From contig VGAF01000001.1 in NCBI GenBank assembly GCA_016870855.1, positions 88-64,087 on the forward strand: a stretch of DNA of 64,000 bases. Direction: 5' to 3'. This document shows, piece after piece, positions 1-8,017 of the stretch. Under the pieces are notes generated by a model. That model saw only the letters and a program-made list of their open reading frames with translations. It did no database searches and was not told where the DNA came from. How positions within the stretch are numbered: the first letter of the stretch is position 1; each line of letters opens with the position of its first letter. This DNA is from Actinomycetota bacterium (lineage in GTDB: Bacteria; Actinomycetota; Actinomycetes; Nanopelagicales; Nanopelagicaceae). Made by a program: the position numbers and the translations under genes.

Positions 1-825
1 GATTACCTTCGCCTCACTCTTGATTGCCCAGGCAAGTGCATCATCAGTAGCGGTATCACAAGCGTGCAGCGCAATCACTAAATCGATTTTGTTAACTGGA
101 TAATTAGCGATATCACTTGCGATGAATTCAATTTGAGTTGATATTCCGAGATCCTTGGTGATGCTCGTATTTCGAGCTCTTGATTCCTCCTTATTATCTA
201 CACCGACAACTCTTACAGCTTTACCTTTGAGAGATAGATATCGGTGAACCGCAAAGGTCAGATATGCATTTCCGCAGCCAAGATCAACGACTTGGATTTC
301 CTTCTCGGCTAATTGATCCAGTGAGCTATCAATAATCTTTAAGAAGTCATCGACCTGGCGATACTTATCAGCTTGGCGTGGGATTAACTCCCCAGATAGG
401 GATGCAATTCCCAAGGCTTTGAATATCTCATCTGATATCGGAAGTGCCCGCTCTTTCTTCCGGTCATGCTCTACTTCGACCCGCTTGACATCCGAGTTTT
501 TGGATCGATGTATTTGTAGCGCGCCTTGCTTGGTAATTCTTATCGTTAGGGTTTCATCGAGCCGTTCAATCAGGATATTCGCGTAACCCTCATCAAGTAA
601 GGCGGGAATGTTTAACTCCGATGGCGAGAAATTCTTGGTTAGATCTTGCTTGCCATCATGAAAGACAAATTGGAGTAAGAGTTTTTCTTTGATCTTCACT
701 GGTCGGATATCAATCCGCTCATACTTGGGGTTATGCGACCTTCGGCGACCCGAGATGATTGCGCGGTTGAGATGGCTAATGTCTCGGAAAAAATGTTGGA
801 TATCGTCAACACCTAATTTAGCCAT
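1..825 (-). CDS. class I SAM-dependent methyltransferase (C-terminus runs off the left window edge)
   Basis: Absent from the ORF track because it has no stop in the window. The reverse frame from ATG at 825-823 is open down to position 1 (275 codons). Translation contains SAM motif I VVDLGCGNAYLT, then VVGVD and LVIALHACDTATD. Confidence 0.75.
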   Translation of the reverse strand, partial: MAKLGVDDIQHFFRDISHLNRAIISGRRRSHNPKYERIDIRPVKIKEKLLLQFVFHDGKQDLTKNFSPSELNIPALLDEGYANILIERLDETLTIRITKQGALQIHRSKNSDVKRVEVEHDRKKERALPISDEIFKALGIASLSGELIPRQADKYRQVDDFLKIIDSSLDQLAEKEIQVVDLGCGNAYLTFAVHRYLSLKGKAVRVVGVDNKEESRARNTSITKDLGISTQIEFIASDIANYPVNKIDLVIALHACDTATDDALAWAIKSEAKVI

Positions 826-865
826 ATGAAACAAGTCTAGGGTGCGGTGAGTGCAGTCGCTTTGA

Positions 866-1207
866 TTAAAGCACCTTCTTCTTGCGAATGGTCTCTCGCT
901 TAAAATCCTTACTTCGCTCGTGCCGCTTGCGGAGTTGGAATTCGATTGTTTCGACCGCCTCGTCAAACGCAGCTAAGTCATTAAAGGCACGCGCTTCAGC
1001 GCGTAGGAATGGCCCTGATCCATGAGTCTTAATTTTCACTTGATGCGATGTTTTCTTTCCATGGTGCGGATTCACTTCATGTATTACATCAACTTCTATG
1101 CGATCTATTGGGATATGAAATCTTGATAATCGCTCCAAGCGTTCTTTTGCGATTACTTCAAAATCTTCCGCCAAACTCTCGCCCCGGGCGTGGATAGTAA
1201 TTTTCAC
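866..1207 (-). CDS. hpf: ribosome hibernation promoting factor, short form (N-terminal S30AE domain only)
   Basis: VKITIHARGESL...FLRAEA...AFDEAVETIEFQLRKRHER matches the HPF/RaiA fold pattern. GTG at 1207 is preceded by AGGAGG. The track ORF extends to a TTG at 1240, which is less likely. No C-terminal dimerisation domain is encoded. Confidence 0.8.
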   Translation of the reverse strand: MKITIHARGESLAEDFEVIAKERLERLSRFHIPIDRIEVDVIHEVNPHHGKKTSHQVKIKTHGSGPFLRAEARAFNDLAAFDEAVETIEFQLRKRHERSKDFKRETIRKKKVL

Positions 1208-1248
1208 AATCCCTCCTACCTGCCTAGTAGACGGTAGCAATACTCTCT

Positions 1249-1629
1249 CTACAAAGGCAATAGAACGAAAAGCCCAGTCAGCGCTAGAGCAAGGAGCGCA
1301 CTCTGAGCAAAGATAGTTAGCGCGGTCTTACGGTCAGCTTTTCTATCTTCCGGACTTTGTACTCGAGTGATATCGCCCAACTTTCCAAGGTTGAAAGTTC
1401 CCATAAGTCCATATGCCAAACAGAACTTCTTACGTGACTGGATAAAGCCAACCGAGAAGACCATTAGCGGTGCAAAGAGTGACCAGCGAGCAGAGTTAGC
1501 AGTATCAGCGGCTAGTAACCCAGCAAAACTTGTGAGGGTTAGGACTGCGCCGATAAGTGCAACTAATTGGCGGCGGCGAACTTCGGCTTTACCGAGATTA
1601 CAAGTTCCTGGGACGTATGAATATGTCAT
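1249..1629 (-). CDS. hypothetical membrane protein (3 predicted TM segments)
   Basis: 126-aa ORF with hydrophobic stretches LVALIGAVLTLTSFAGLL, LFAPLMVFSVGFI and LALALTGLFVLLPL. I did not recognise a family. Confidence 0.5.
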   Translation of the reverse strand: MTYSYVPGTCNLGKAEVRRRQLVALIGAVLTLTSFAGLLAADTANSARWSLFAPLMVFSVGFIQSRKKFCLAYGLMGTFNLGKLGDITRVQSPEDRKADRKTALTIFAQSALLALALTGLFVLLPL

Positions 1630-1775
1630 CCGAAGAACTCCTCATGCTCTTCTTCTTCGGCCCAGACTGAGCCGACTTCTTCTTGCTTTTCAAACCATGA
1701 AAGAAAGGAGGCGATTCCGCGTACGGCAACAGTTAAAAGAGTTGCTAATGCGATGATTCTTCGAAGCGCCTTCAT
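1626..1775 (-). CDS. small hypothetical protein, 49 aa (hydrophobic N-terminus, acidic tail)
   Basis: Hand-translated as MKALRRIIALATLLTVAVRGIASFLSWFEKQEEVGSVWAEEEEHEEFFG. It is below the track cutoff. Its TGA overlaps the ATG of the downstream membrane protein (ATGA), and TAGGA lies 9 nt upstream. Confidence 0.35.
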   Translation of the reverse strand: MKALRRIIALATLLTVAVRGIASFLSWFEKQEEVGSVWAEEEEHEEFFG

Positions 1776-1784
1776 ACTCGAATC

Positions 1785-3317
1785 CTAATTACTTTTAGCC
1801 AATCTCTCCAACGCAGCCATCGCCGCATTATGTCCAGCGATTCCACTAACCCCACCGCCACGAACCGCACCGGCTCCGGCTATAAAAATACGGTCATGAG
1901 TTGTTTCAACTCCCCACTTACCTTGTTCACCTCGAGTTCGCCATGGCCACATCAGATCGCTATGGAAGATATTTCCGCGGGGAAGATCGATTTCGGCTTC
2001 TAGTTCTTGGGGAGTTTTTACCTCAATACAGGGCTGGCCGGCTGCATCGTTGAGAAGCAGCTCTTCGATCGGCTCAACTAGGTAACGATTTAAACCAGCA
2101 AGGATTCGCTTTGTTACTTCAACTTTGACTAGATCATGATCTTTATCGAAGAGCGAGGCTGGGGTGTGTAGCGCAAAGAGAGTGAGGGTGTGATTACCCG
2201 CCTCTTGCATCGATTCACTCAGGATTGAAGGGTCGGTGAGGGTGTGACAGTACATTTCTGAGGGAATCACATCGGGGATGACCCCAGATTTTGCTTGGTG
2301 GTAGGCCTTCTCTAATTGCTCGTAGCTCTCATCGATATGGAAGGTTCCGGCAAATGCTCTCCTTGGATCCACTCCACTCTTTAAATTTGGAAGGCGTTTC
2401 AGAACCATATTCATTTTTACTTGGGAACCATCTCTAAGAGTTGGGGCATTGATTCCTGCTATCCGCTCCAAGACTTTCGGTGCGGCTCCAGATAAGAGAA
2501 CTTTTGCGCTCAGTTCTTCCCCAGTATTTAGTTTTATCGTCACGCCATCTTTCGATGTATTAACACCAAGTACCTCAGTTCCGACGCGCATTTCCACGCC
2601 AAGCGAAGTAGCACGTTGCAAAAGGGCCTCAACTAACTTACCCATTCCGCCCTTTGGTACCCGCCACTCGCCCGTTCCATTTCCAATTAGATGATAGAGA
2701 AAGCAGATATTGCTTAATCTCTCAGTGGCGCTTGTAAATGTTCCAATCAGCCCATCGGTAAGGACTATTCCTTTAACAAGATCGTTCTTAAAGTACTTAC
2801 TTAGAGTTACCTCAAGAGGTTGGACTACAAATTCATCCCATAGTTCTTCACCGATAAGCGCCTTGACTTCAGTTTCATCCTTTAAAGGTTCCAACATCGT
2901 TGGGGCCAGAACTTCAGCGAATACCCCGATTCGTTTATAAAAGCGCTCCCAGGCATCGCTCTCTTCAATATTTGAGGCAAAAGCGGTGATTGACTCTCTT
3001 GATTCAGCATCGAAGCTACGGTTGATCAATATTCCCGTGTTACCGGAAGGGGTGTAGGAAGAGACGGTCCTACTTAAAGTTTCGAACTTAAGATCTAAAT
3101 CCTGCTTTATCTGGTCGGGAAAGAGAGCGACTAGATATGAATATCGAGAGAGTTTTGCGCCAACGCCTTCAAATGCGTAAACGCTCTTTGTGGCACCACC
3201 GAATTCTTGGTTCTTCTCAAGAACAACTACTTTCTTTCCCGCCTTAGCTAAGTAACAGGCAGCGACAAGTGCGTTATGCCCACCGCCGACTATGGCAACT
3301 TCGAAATCGTGGCTCAT
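1785..3317 (-). CDS. FAD/NAD(P)-dependent oxidoreductase, phytoene-desaturase (CrtI-like, COG1233) family
   Basis: N-terminal dinucleotide fold VAIVGGGHNALVAACYLAKAGKKVVVLEKN..FGG, 510 aa, C-terminal GAGAVRGGGVSG. Confidence 0.75.
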   Translation of the reverse strand: MSHDFEVAIVGGGHNALVAACYLAKAGKKVVVLEKNQEFGGATKSVYAFEGVGAKLSRYSYLVALFPDQIKQDLDLKFETLSRTVSSYTPSGNTGILINRSFDAESRESITAFASNIEESDAWERFYKRIGVFAEVLAPTMLEPLKDETEVKALIGEELWDEFVVQPLEVTLSKYFKNDLVKGIVLTDGLIGTFTSATERLSNICFLYHLIGNGTGEWRVPKGGMGKLVEALLQRATSLGVEMRVGTEVLGVNTSKDGVTIKLNTGEELSAKVLLSGAAPKVLERIAGINAPTLRDGSQVKMNMVLKRLPNLKSGVDPRRAFAGTFHIDESYEQLEKAYHQAKSGVIPDVIPSEMYCHTLTDPSILSESMQEAGNHTLTLFALHTPASLFDKDHDLVKVEVTKRILAGLNRYLVEPIEELLLNDAAGQPCIEVKTPQELEAEIDLPRGNIFHSDLMWPWRTRGEQGKWGVETTHDRIFIAGAGAVRGGGVSGIAGHNAAMAALERLAKSN

Positions 3318-4466
3318 TTACAGCGTGCGTAGGATCCGGTTAAAGGCCTCTTCGATATTTTCAGCGCTGGTTCCAAAGTTCAACCTCGCGAATTGGGCAT
3401 GCTTCGGGCTGTAGAAAGAACCTGAATTAATCGCCAACTTACCTTTCTCAAGGATTGCCTTGGTTGGATCTTCACCAAGGCCAAGATTGGAGAGGTCTAG
3501 CCAGGCCAAATACCCAAAGTCTGGGATGCGATAACCAATCGCAGGAATCTTTGAATCAATCAGCGCTCTAATTAACTTCCGATTCTCATCCAGGGTCTTG
3601 AGCGCTCCATCGAGCCAGCTTCTTGATTTATCAAATGCAGCAGTCGCCGCCACAGCGCCAAATAGGGATGCTCGGAATGCCACAGAGATTGGCATGGAGT
3701 TAATGCGATTCTTCAATGCTTCAATCTCGGTGATGATCATCGCGCATTTAAGACCGGCAAGATTAAAGGCTTTGCTAGCGCTAGTTACGCAAATTCCAAC
3801 TTCTCGGGCTGCATCTGAGACCGATAGGAATGGAACAAAGGTATTTCCAGGGTAAGTGAGCGGAGCGTGAATTTCATCGCTAATAACAATTACGCCATAT
3901 TGCTTAGCTAAATCAGCAATCCGAGCTAATTCGCTTTTAGTGAAGATGATTCCGACTGGATTATGCGGGCTACAGAGAATGTGAACTTTTGCGCCAGCTT
4001 TATAGGCGCGCTCAATGCCCTCAAAGTCAAGGGAATACTCCATACCCTTTTCAATCAGCGGCACATCAACTAATTCTGCTTTTACCTCCGCAACCCAGCG
4101 CCACATGCTGTCGTAGACCGGTGAGTTAAGGACTACTCGATCGCCAGGGTTAATAAGTGTTCGAATAACTTCAACAGTTCCCACGCCAACATCGGTTGCG
4201 ATACGCATTTGGGAGACATCCGGGCTCCATCCCCAACGAGCGCTTGAGAAGTTCTTAAATGCATCGAACATTTCTGGGAATGGCCCGAGGTAGCCGGTAT
4301 CAGAGCGATCAATCATGTCGCGCAGCGCAACTTTGATCTCTTCAGCGATTGGAAAATCCATTTCGGCAACTGGGAGCGGAAGAACATCGCTTGGGAATTG
4401 TCGCCACTTAACGCTCTTACGTTTTCTTAATTCAGATAATGGAAATGCGCGAATTTCATCGGCCAT
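3318..4466 (-). CDS. PatB/MalY-type PLP-dependent C-S lyase (class I/II aminotransferase fold)
   Basis: KSVKWRQFP..LPLPVAEMDF N-terminus typical of PatB/MalY. PLP lysine context SASKAFNLAGLK. 382 aa. Confidence 0.75.
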   Translation of the reverse strand: MADEIRAFPLSELRKRKSVKWRQFPSDVLPLPVAEMDFPIAEEIKVALRDMIDRSDTGYLGPFPEMFDAFKNFSSARWGWSPDVSQMRIATDVGVGTVEVIRTLINPGDRVVLNSPVYDSMWRWVAEVKAELVDVPLIEKGMEYSLDFEGIERAYKAGAKVHILCSPHNPVGIIFTKSELARIADLAKQYGVIVISDEIHAPLTYPGNTFVPFLSVSDAAREVGICVTSASKAFNLAGLKCAMIITEIEALKNRINSMPISVAFRASLFGAVAATAAFDKSRSWLDGALKTLDENRKLIRALIDSKIPAIGYRIPDFGYLAWLDLSNLGLGEDPTKAILEKGKLAINSGSFYSPKHAQFARLNFGTSAENIEEAFNRILRTL

Positions 4467-4507
4467 AGACGGCAGTATGCCACTGAACTTAGAAGTTGTG
4501 AAAGAAA

Positions 4508-5431
4508 CTAGCCTTTAACAGAGCCGGCAAGAAGGCCACGCACAAAATATCGTTGAAGTGCGAAGAAGACTGCGACCGGCACAAGTATTGACACGAATGC
4601 GCCAGCAGTTAGTAACTCCCAATCCCCACCTCGTGTTCCAGTCATCTCGGCGAGTCGCACCATAAGCGGTGCGATTTCCCGCTTTCCACCACCAAATGTA
4701 AGTGCGACCAATAGATCATTCCATGTCCATAAGAACTGGAAGATGGCAAAGGAAGCGATGGCTGGAACGCTAAGTGGCAAGATGATTTGGCGGAAAAGTT
4801 TGAAGTGATCTGCACCATCGACGCGCGCTGCTTCAATTAATTCGCGCGGTAGTTGCGCAATAAAGTTATGAAGGAGGAAGATCGCAAGTGGCAATCCAAA
4901 CATCGTATGCGCAAGCCAGATCGGGATAAATGTTCCAGTAATACCGAAGCTTGGAATCACCGTAAAGCTTCCAATATGTAGACCACCGGAGAAGAGCTGA
5001 AGTAGTGGAATCAATGACATCTGGAGTGGAATTACTTGTAGGGCGAATATAGTGAAGAAGAGGAAATTTCTTCCCTTGAAATTAAACCAAGCGATCGCAT
5101 AAGCGGCAAAGATTGCAATAGTGATTGGGATTATTGTTGAAGGGATCACAATCGCAAAGGTATTTAGGAAGTATTGGCTTAGCGGTGGAGTCGCGCCTCT
5201 TCCTTCAAATAGAACTCTTGTGTAATTGGTAAAGGTGAATTCTGGGTTGGTGAAAACGGTCCACCAACCGGAGCTATTAATTCCGGTGCTCGGCCTAAAT
5301 GATGTGACAAAAAGACCGAATGTTGGAATCGTCCAGAGCGTAGCTATCACGATGGCGGTAAAGCTGGCCCAGGGTGAACTTAGGTGGGTCTTGACCACTT
5401 CGACATCTCGTTTGCGGAGTTTTCGGGCCAT
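4508..5431 (-). CDS. carbohydrate ABC transporter permease (MalG-like)
   Basis: 6-TM layout with EAA loop EAARVDGADHFKLFRQIILP. Start and stop share 1 nt with the upstream permease gene. Confidence 0.85.
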   Translation of the reverse strand: MARKLRKRDVEVVKTHLSSPWASFTAIVIATLWTIPTFGLFVTSFRPSTGINSSGWWTVFTNPEFTFTNYTRVLFEGRGATPPLSQYFLNTFAIVIPSTIIPITIAIFAAYAIAWFNFKGRNFLFFTIFALQVIPLQMSLIPLLQLFSGGLHIGSFTVIPSFGITGTFIPIWLAHTMFGLPLAIFLLHNFIAQLPRELIEAARVDGADHFKLFRQIILPLSVPAIASFAIFQFLWTWNDLLVALTFGGGKREIAPLMVRLAEMTGTRGGDWELLTAGAFVSILVPVAVFFALQRYFVRGLLAGSVKG

Positions 5432-6432
5432 TAGCGCTCACTCCGTTCGCGGCGAAGATTTACAACGTTGTAGGCCACTAATGGAAGAACGCCGAGGAAA
5501 AGGATTATCGCTAGGGCGCTTCCAGTGCCGTAATTCAGGGCGCGGAAAGATTGGTTATACATCTCATTTGCAATAACGCTGGTCTTGAAATTTCCACCAG
5601 TCATTGTGCGGATGATGTCGAATACTTTTAGCGCTCCGATAGTTATCGTGCTTAAGACTACGATGATTGTGCCTCTAATCATTGGAACGGTAACGCGTGA
5701 GAATCGCTTCCAGCCACTTGCGCCATCGAGCATCGATGCTTCCAGGATCTCATCTGGGATGGCTTTGATTGCCGCCGATAGCACCACCATCGCAAATCCA
5801 GTTTGGATCCAGACAAAGACAACAATCAAAAGGAAAGTATTGAGTGGATTTACCAGCAACCAATTAGTAGGTACAAAGCCAAACCATTCCGCGACCTGGC
5901 TCAGTAGACCTATCTCGGGAGCGCGTTCATTAGGTTCGAATTGATAGACAAATTTCCAGATGATTCCAGCGCCCACAAATGAGATTGCCATCGGCATAAA
6001 AATCAATGACTTAACAAGACCCGGGCGGCGCATCCGATCGGTAAGGACAGCTATCAATAAACCAAAACCAGTCGAGGCTATTGGAGCAACAATCATCCAG
6101 ACGCCGGTGTTACGGAGTACATCGAGAATTTCCGGTTGGGTGAAGGCCCATTGGTAGTTCTCCCAACCAACGCTCTCGTTGCCACGCGCATCACGGAATG
6201 AGAGGTAGAGGGTTCTAAATGCTGGAGCAACTAAACCAATAAAGAGGAAGATCAAGGCTGGGGCTAAGAAGATTACATACTTGAGAAACCTTTGGACCCG
6301 CTCGCCAGTGCGCTCAGAGAGCGCAAATGCGATTGCAACTAACGCGCCAAATATCAGGATTGTGAGCGTGAGGCCAGTTAACTTTGAGACTGCTTGCTCT
6401 AACTGAGACTGGCGAGCAGCAATCTCAATCAT
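5431..6432 (-). CDS. carbohydrate ABC transporter permease (MalF-like)
   Basis: EAA loop EASMLDGASGWKRFSRVTVPMI, polytopic, AGGAG SD upstream. Confidence 0.85.
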   Translation of the reverse strand: MIEIAARQSQLEQAVSKLTGLTLTILIFGALVAIAFALSERTGERVQRFLKYVIFLAPALIFLFIGLVAPAFRTLYLSFRDARGNESVGWENYQWAFTQPEILDVLRNTGVWMIVAPIASTGFGLLIAVLTDRMRRPGLVKSLIFMPMAISFVGAGIIWKFVYQFEPNERAPEIGLLSQVAEWFGFVPTNWLLVNPLNTFLLIVVFVWIQTGFAMVVLSAAIKAIPDEILEASMLDGASGWKRFSRVTVPMIRGTIIVVLSTITIGALKVFDIIRTMTGGNFKTSVIANEMYNQSFRALNYGTGSALAIILFLGVLPLVAYNVVNLRRERSER

Positions 6433-6457
6433 TTAGGTCTCCTGTTTTTAACAACTC

Positions 6458-6481
6458 ATCAAGATAAGAATCAAGATAAGA
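6458..6481. repeat. perfect tandem duplication of a 12-mer (ATCAAGATAAGA x2)
   Basis: Read directly: 6458-6469 equals 6470-6481. It lies in the SBP-permease intercistronic spacer, directly abutting the hairpin. Confidence 0.9.
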
Positions 6482-6515
6482 AGAGGTGTGGTGACTTTAC
6501 CGCCACCACACCTCT
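6482..6515 (-). promoter_or_regulatory. intercistronic stem-loop (12-bp perfect stem, 10-nt loop) after the SBP gene
   Basis: AGAGGTGTGGTG (6482-6493) is the exact reverse complement of CACCACACCTCT (6504-6515). It sits 25 nt after the SBP stop and is followed on the mRNA strand by a U-rich but interrupted tract. Confidence 0.6.
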
Positions 6516-6540
6516 GTTACTACTTACTTATTTAGTCCTT

Positions 6541-7890
6541 TTAGGACTTAGGCCAGGACTTCTCGATTGAATCGAGAACAGCCTTATCGGACTTGTTCTC
6601 AGCAACCCAAGCAGTCATTTCCTTCCAGAACGAACCAGCACCAACTGCTGCTGGCATCGCATCAGAACCATCGAAGCGGAATGTGGTTGCATTCTTAAGG
6701 ATTTCAACCGCATTCTTATTTACTGGATCTGCGACATTTGCAACATCGAGGCCCTTGTTAGCTGAGAACCAGCCACCAAGTGCAGCCTTCTTGTTATTCC
6801 ACTCTGGGGATGTGAGGTAGAGCTGAACAGATGCTACTTCTGGACGATCCGAGAATGAGCCTACGAACTCGCCGCCACCAAGTGCGGGACGCTGATCAGC
6901 AGTCACACCTGGGAAGTAGAAAGTTGTGATTCCACCTTCAGTTGTTGTGTCATCTGGTGTAACGATGGTTGCGCCGTAATCAGCGGCCAAAATTCCACCG
7001 ATGAATGAAGCCTGGCGATGCATTGCGCAGGATCCATCAACAAGTCCCTTACCGCCTTCTTGGAAGGTGGTTGTGGCAATAGCTGGGACGTTTCCAACGT
7101 ACTTAGGATTCTTAAGGATCTTGCCTGCTTCCTTTAGAACTGCAGCAACCTTGGCATCGTTAAACGGAATGGTGTGATTTACCCACGCATCGTAGGTGGA
7201 TGCATCGTTTACACGGAGCATCAAATCTTCCATCCAGTCAGTTCCGACCCAACCAGTTGCATCTCCAGAACCAAAGCCAACGCACCAAGGTTGTACTTTG
7301 CCGCCAGCTGCAACGGTGTCAGAGAGAGCTAGTAATTCAGCCCAAGTAGTTGGAATGCTCCAACCGTTATCTGCGAATGTCTTTGGTGAGTACCAGACGA
7401 ATGATTTTACGTTTGCACCAAGTGGAGCGGCATAGAAGGTTCCATCAACGGTTCCATATGCCTTCCAATCTGCGCCGTAATACTCATCAGCAGCTGCAGA
7501 TACATCATCTGTAGCTGGGAACATCTTGCCCGTTGCAACCATTGCCTTTAGAAGACCTGGCTGAGGGAAGACGGCGAGATCAGGAGCAGTGCCACCCTCT
7601 ACACGAACTGGAAGCTGTGCTTCGAATTCAGCAGTTCCATTCCAATTGATTGTGATACCGGTGCACTCTTCGAACTCTGTGAAGGATTCCTGATAGATCT
7701 CAGCTTCTGGGCTACGAATCGAAGAATAGATTTCGACTTCGACGCCTTCATAATTTCCATATGACTCATACGCATCGCAATTTCCACCGCTTGCCGAATC
7801 ATCTGAACTTCCACATCCAGAGATGACAAGGGAGAGCGCTGCGAACAAGCTGGTCGCCAGAATTAGACGACGCCGCAAAAATGCGGTCAT
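6541..7890 (-). CDS. sugar ABC transporter substrate-binding lipoprotein
   Basis: Signal peptide plus lipobox LVISGC, 449 aa, family-1 SBP features, located upstream of two sugar permeases. Confidence 0.85.
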   Translation of the reverse strand: MTAFLRRRLILATSLFAALSLVISGCGSSDDSASGGNCDAYESYGNYEGVEVEIYSSIRSPEAEIYQESFTEFEECTGITINWNGTAEFEAQLPVRVEGGTAPDLAVFPQPGLLKAMVATGKMFPATDDVSAAADEYYGADWKAYGTVDGTFYAAPLGANVKSFVWYSPKTFADNGWSIPTTWAELLALSDTVAAGGKVQPWCVGFGSGDATGWVGTDWMEDLMLRVNDASTYDAWVNHTIPFNDAKVAAVLKEAGKILKNPKYVGNVPAIATTTFQEGGKGLVDGSCAMHRQASFIGGILAADYGATIVTPDDTTTEGGITTFYFPGVTADQRPALGGGEFVGSFSDRPEVASVQLYLTSPEWNNKKAALGGWFSANKGLDVANVADPVNKNAVEILKNATTFRFDGSDAMPAAVGAGSFWKEMTAWVAENKSDKAVLDSIEKSWPKS

Positions 7891-7899
7891 GTAACTTCC

Positions 7900-7911
7900 C
7901 CTTTCGAAAGG
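7900..7911. promoter_or_regulatory. perfect 12-bp palindrome CCTTTCGAAAGG overlapping the SBP ribosome-binding site (candidate LacI-type operator or RNA hairpin)
   Basis: Read directly. Central CG, 10-21 nt upstream of the SBP ATG (7890). The mRNA reads CCUUUCGAAAGGGGAAGUUACAUG. Confidence 0.35.
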
Positions 7912-8017
7912 AACTCCCTAGGTTTTCCCAGGAAGTTTGACCGAAGTTTTCTCCCTTGGGCCGGCAAGTGCAACCCGTCGAGCCATGAAAAAAGGCTGAA
8001 AACGGCTAACGGTTCTG

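Noticed and set aside
1367-1756. 129-aa plus-strand ORF, and many similar track ORFs antisense to long genes (examples: 24162-24629, 29264-29755, 42454-42894, 55775-56143, 60371-60889)
   Set aside because: They lie wholly inside well-supported genes on the opposite strand. They have low-complexity Arg/Ser/Pro-rich translations and no recognisable motifs, so they are shadow ORFs.
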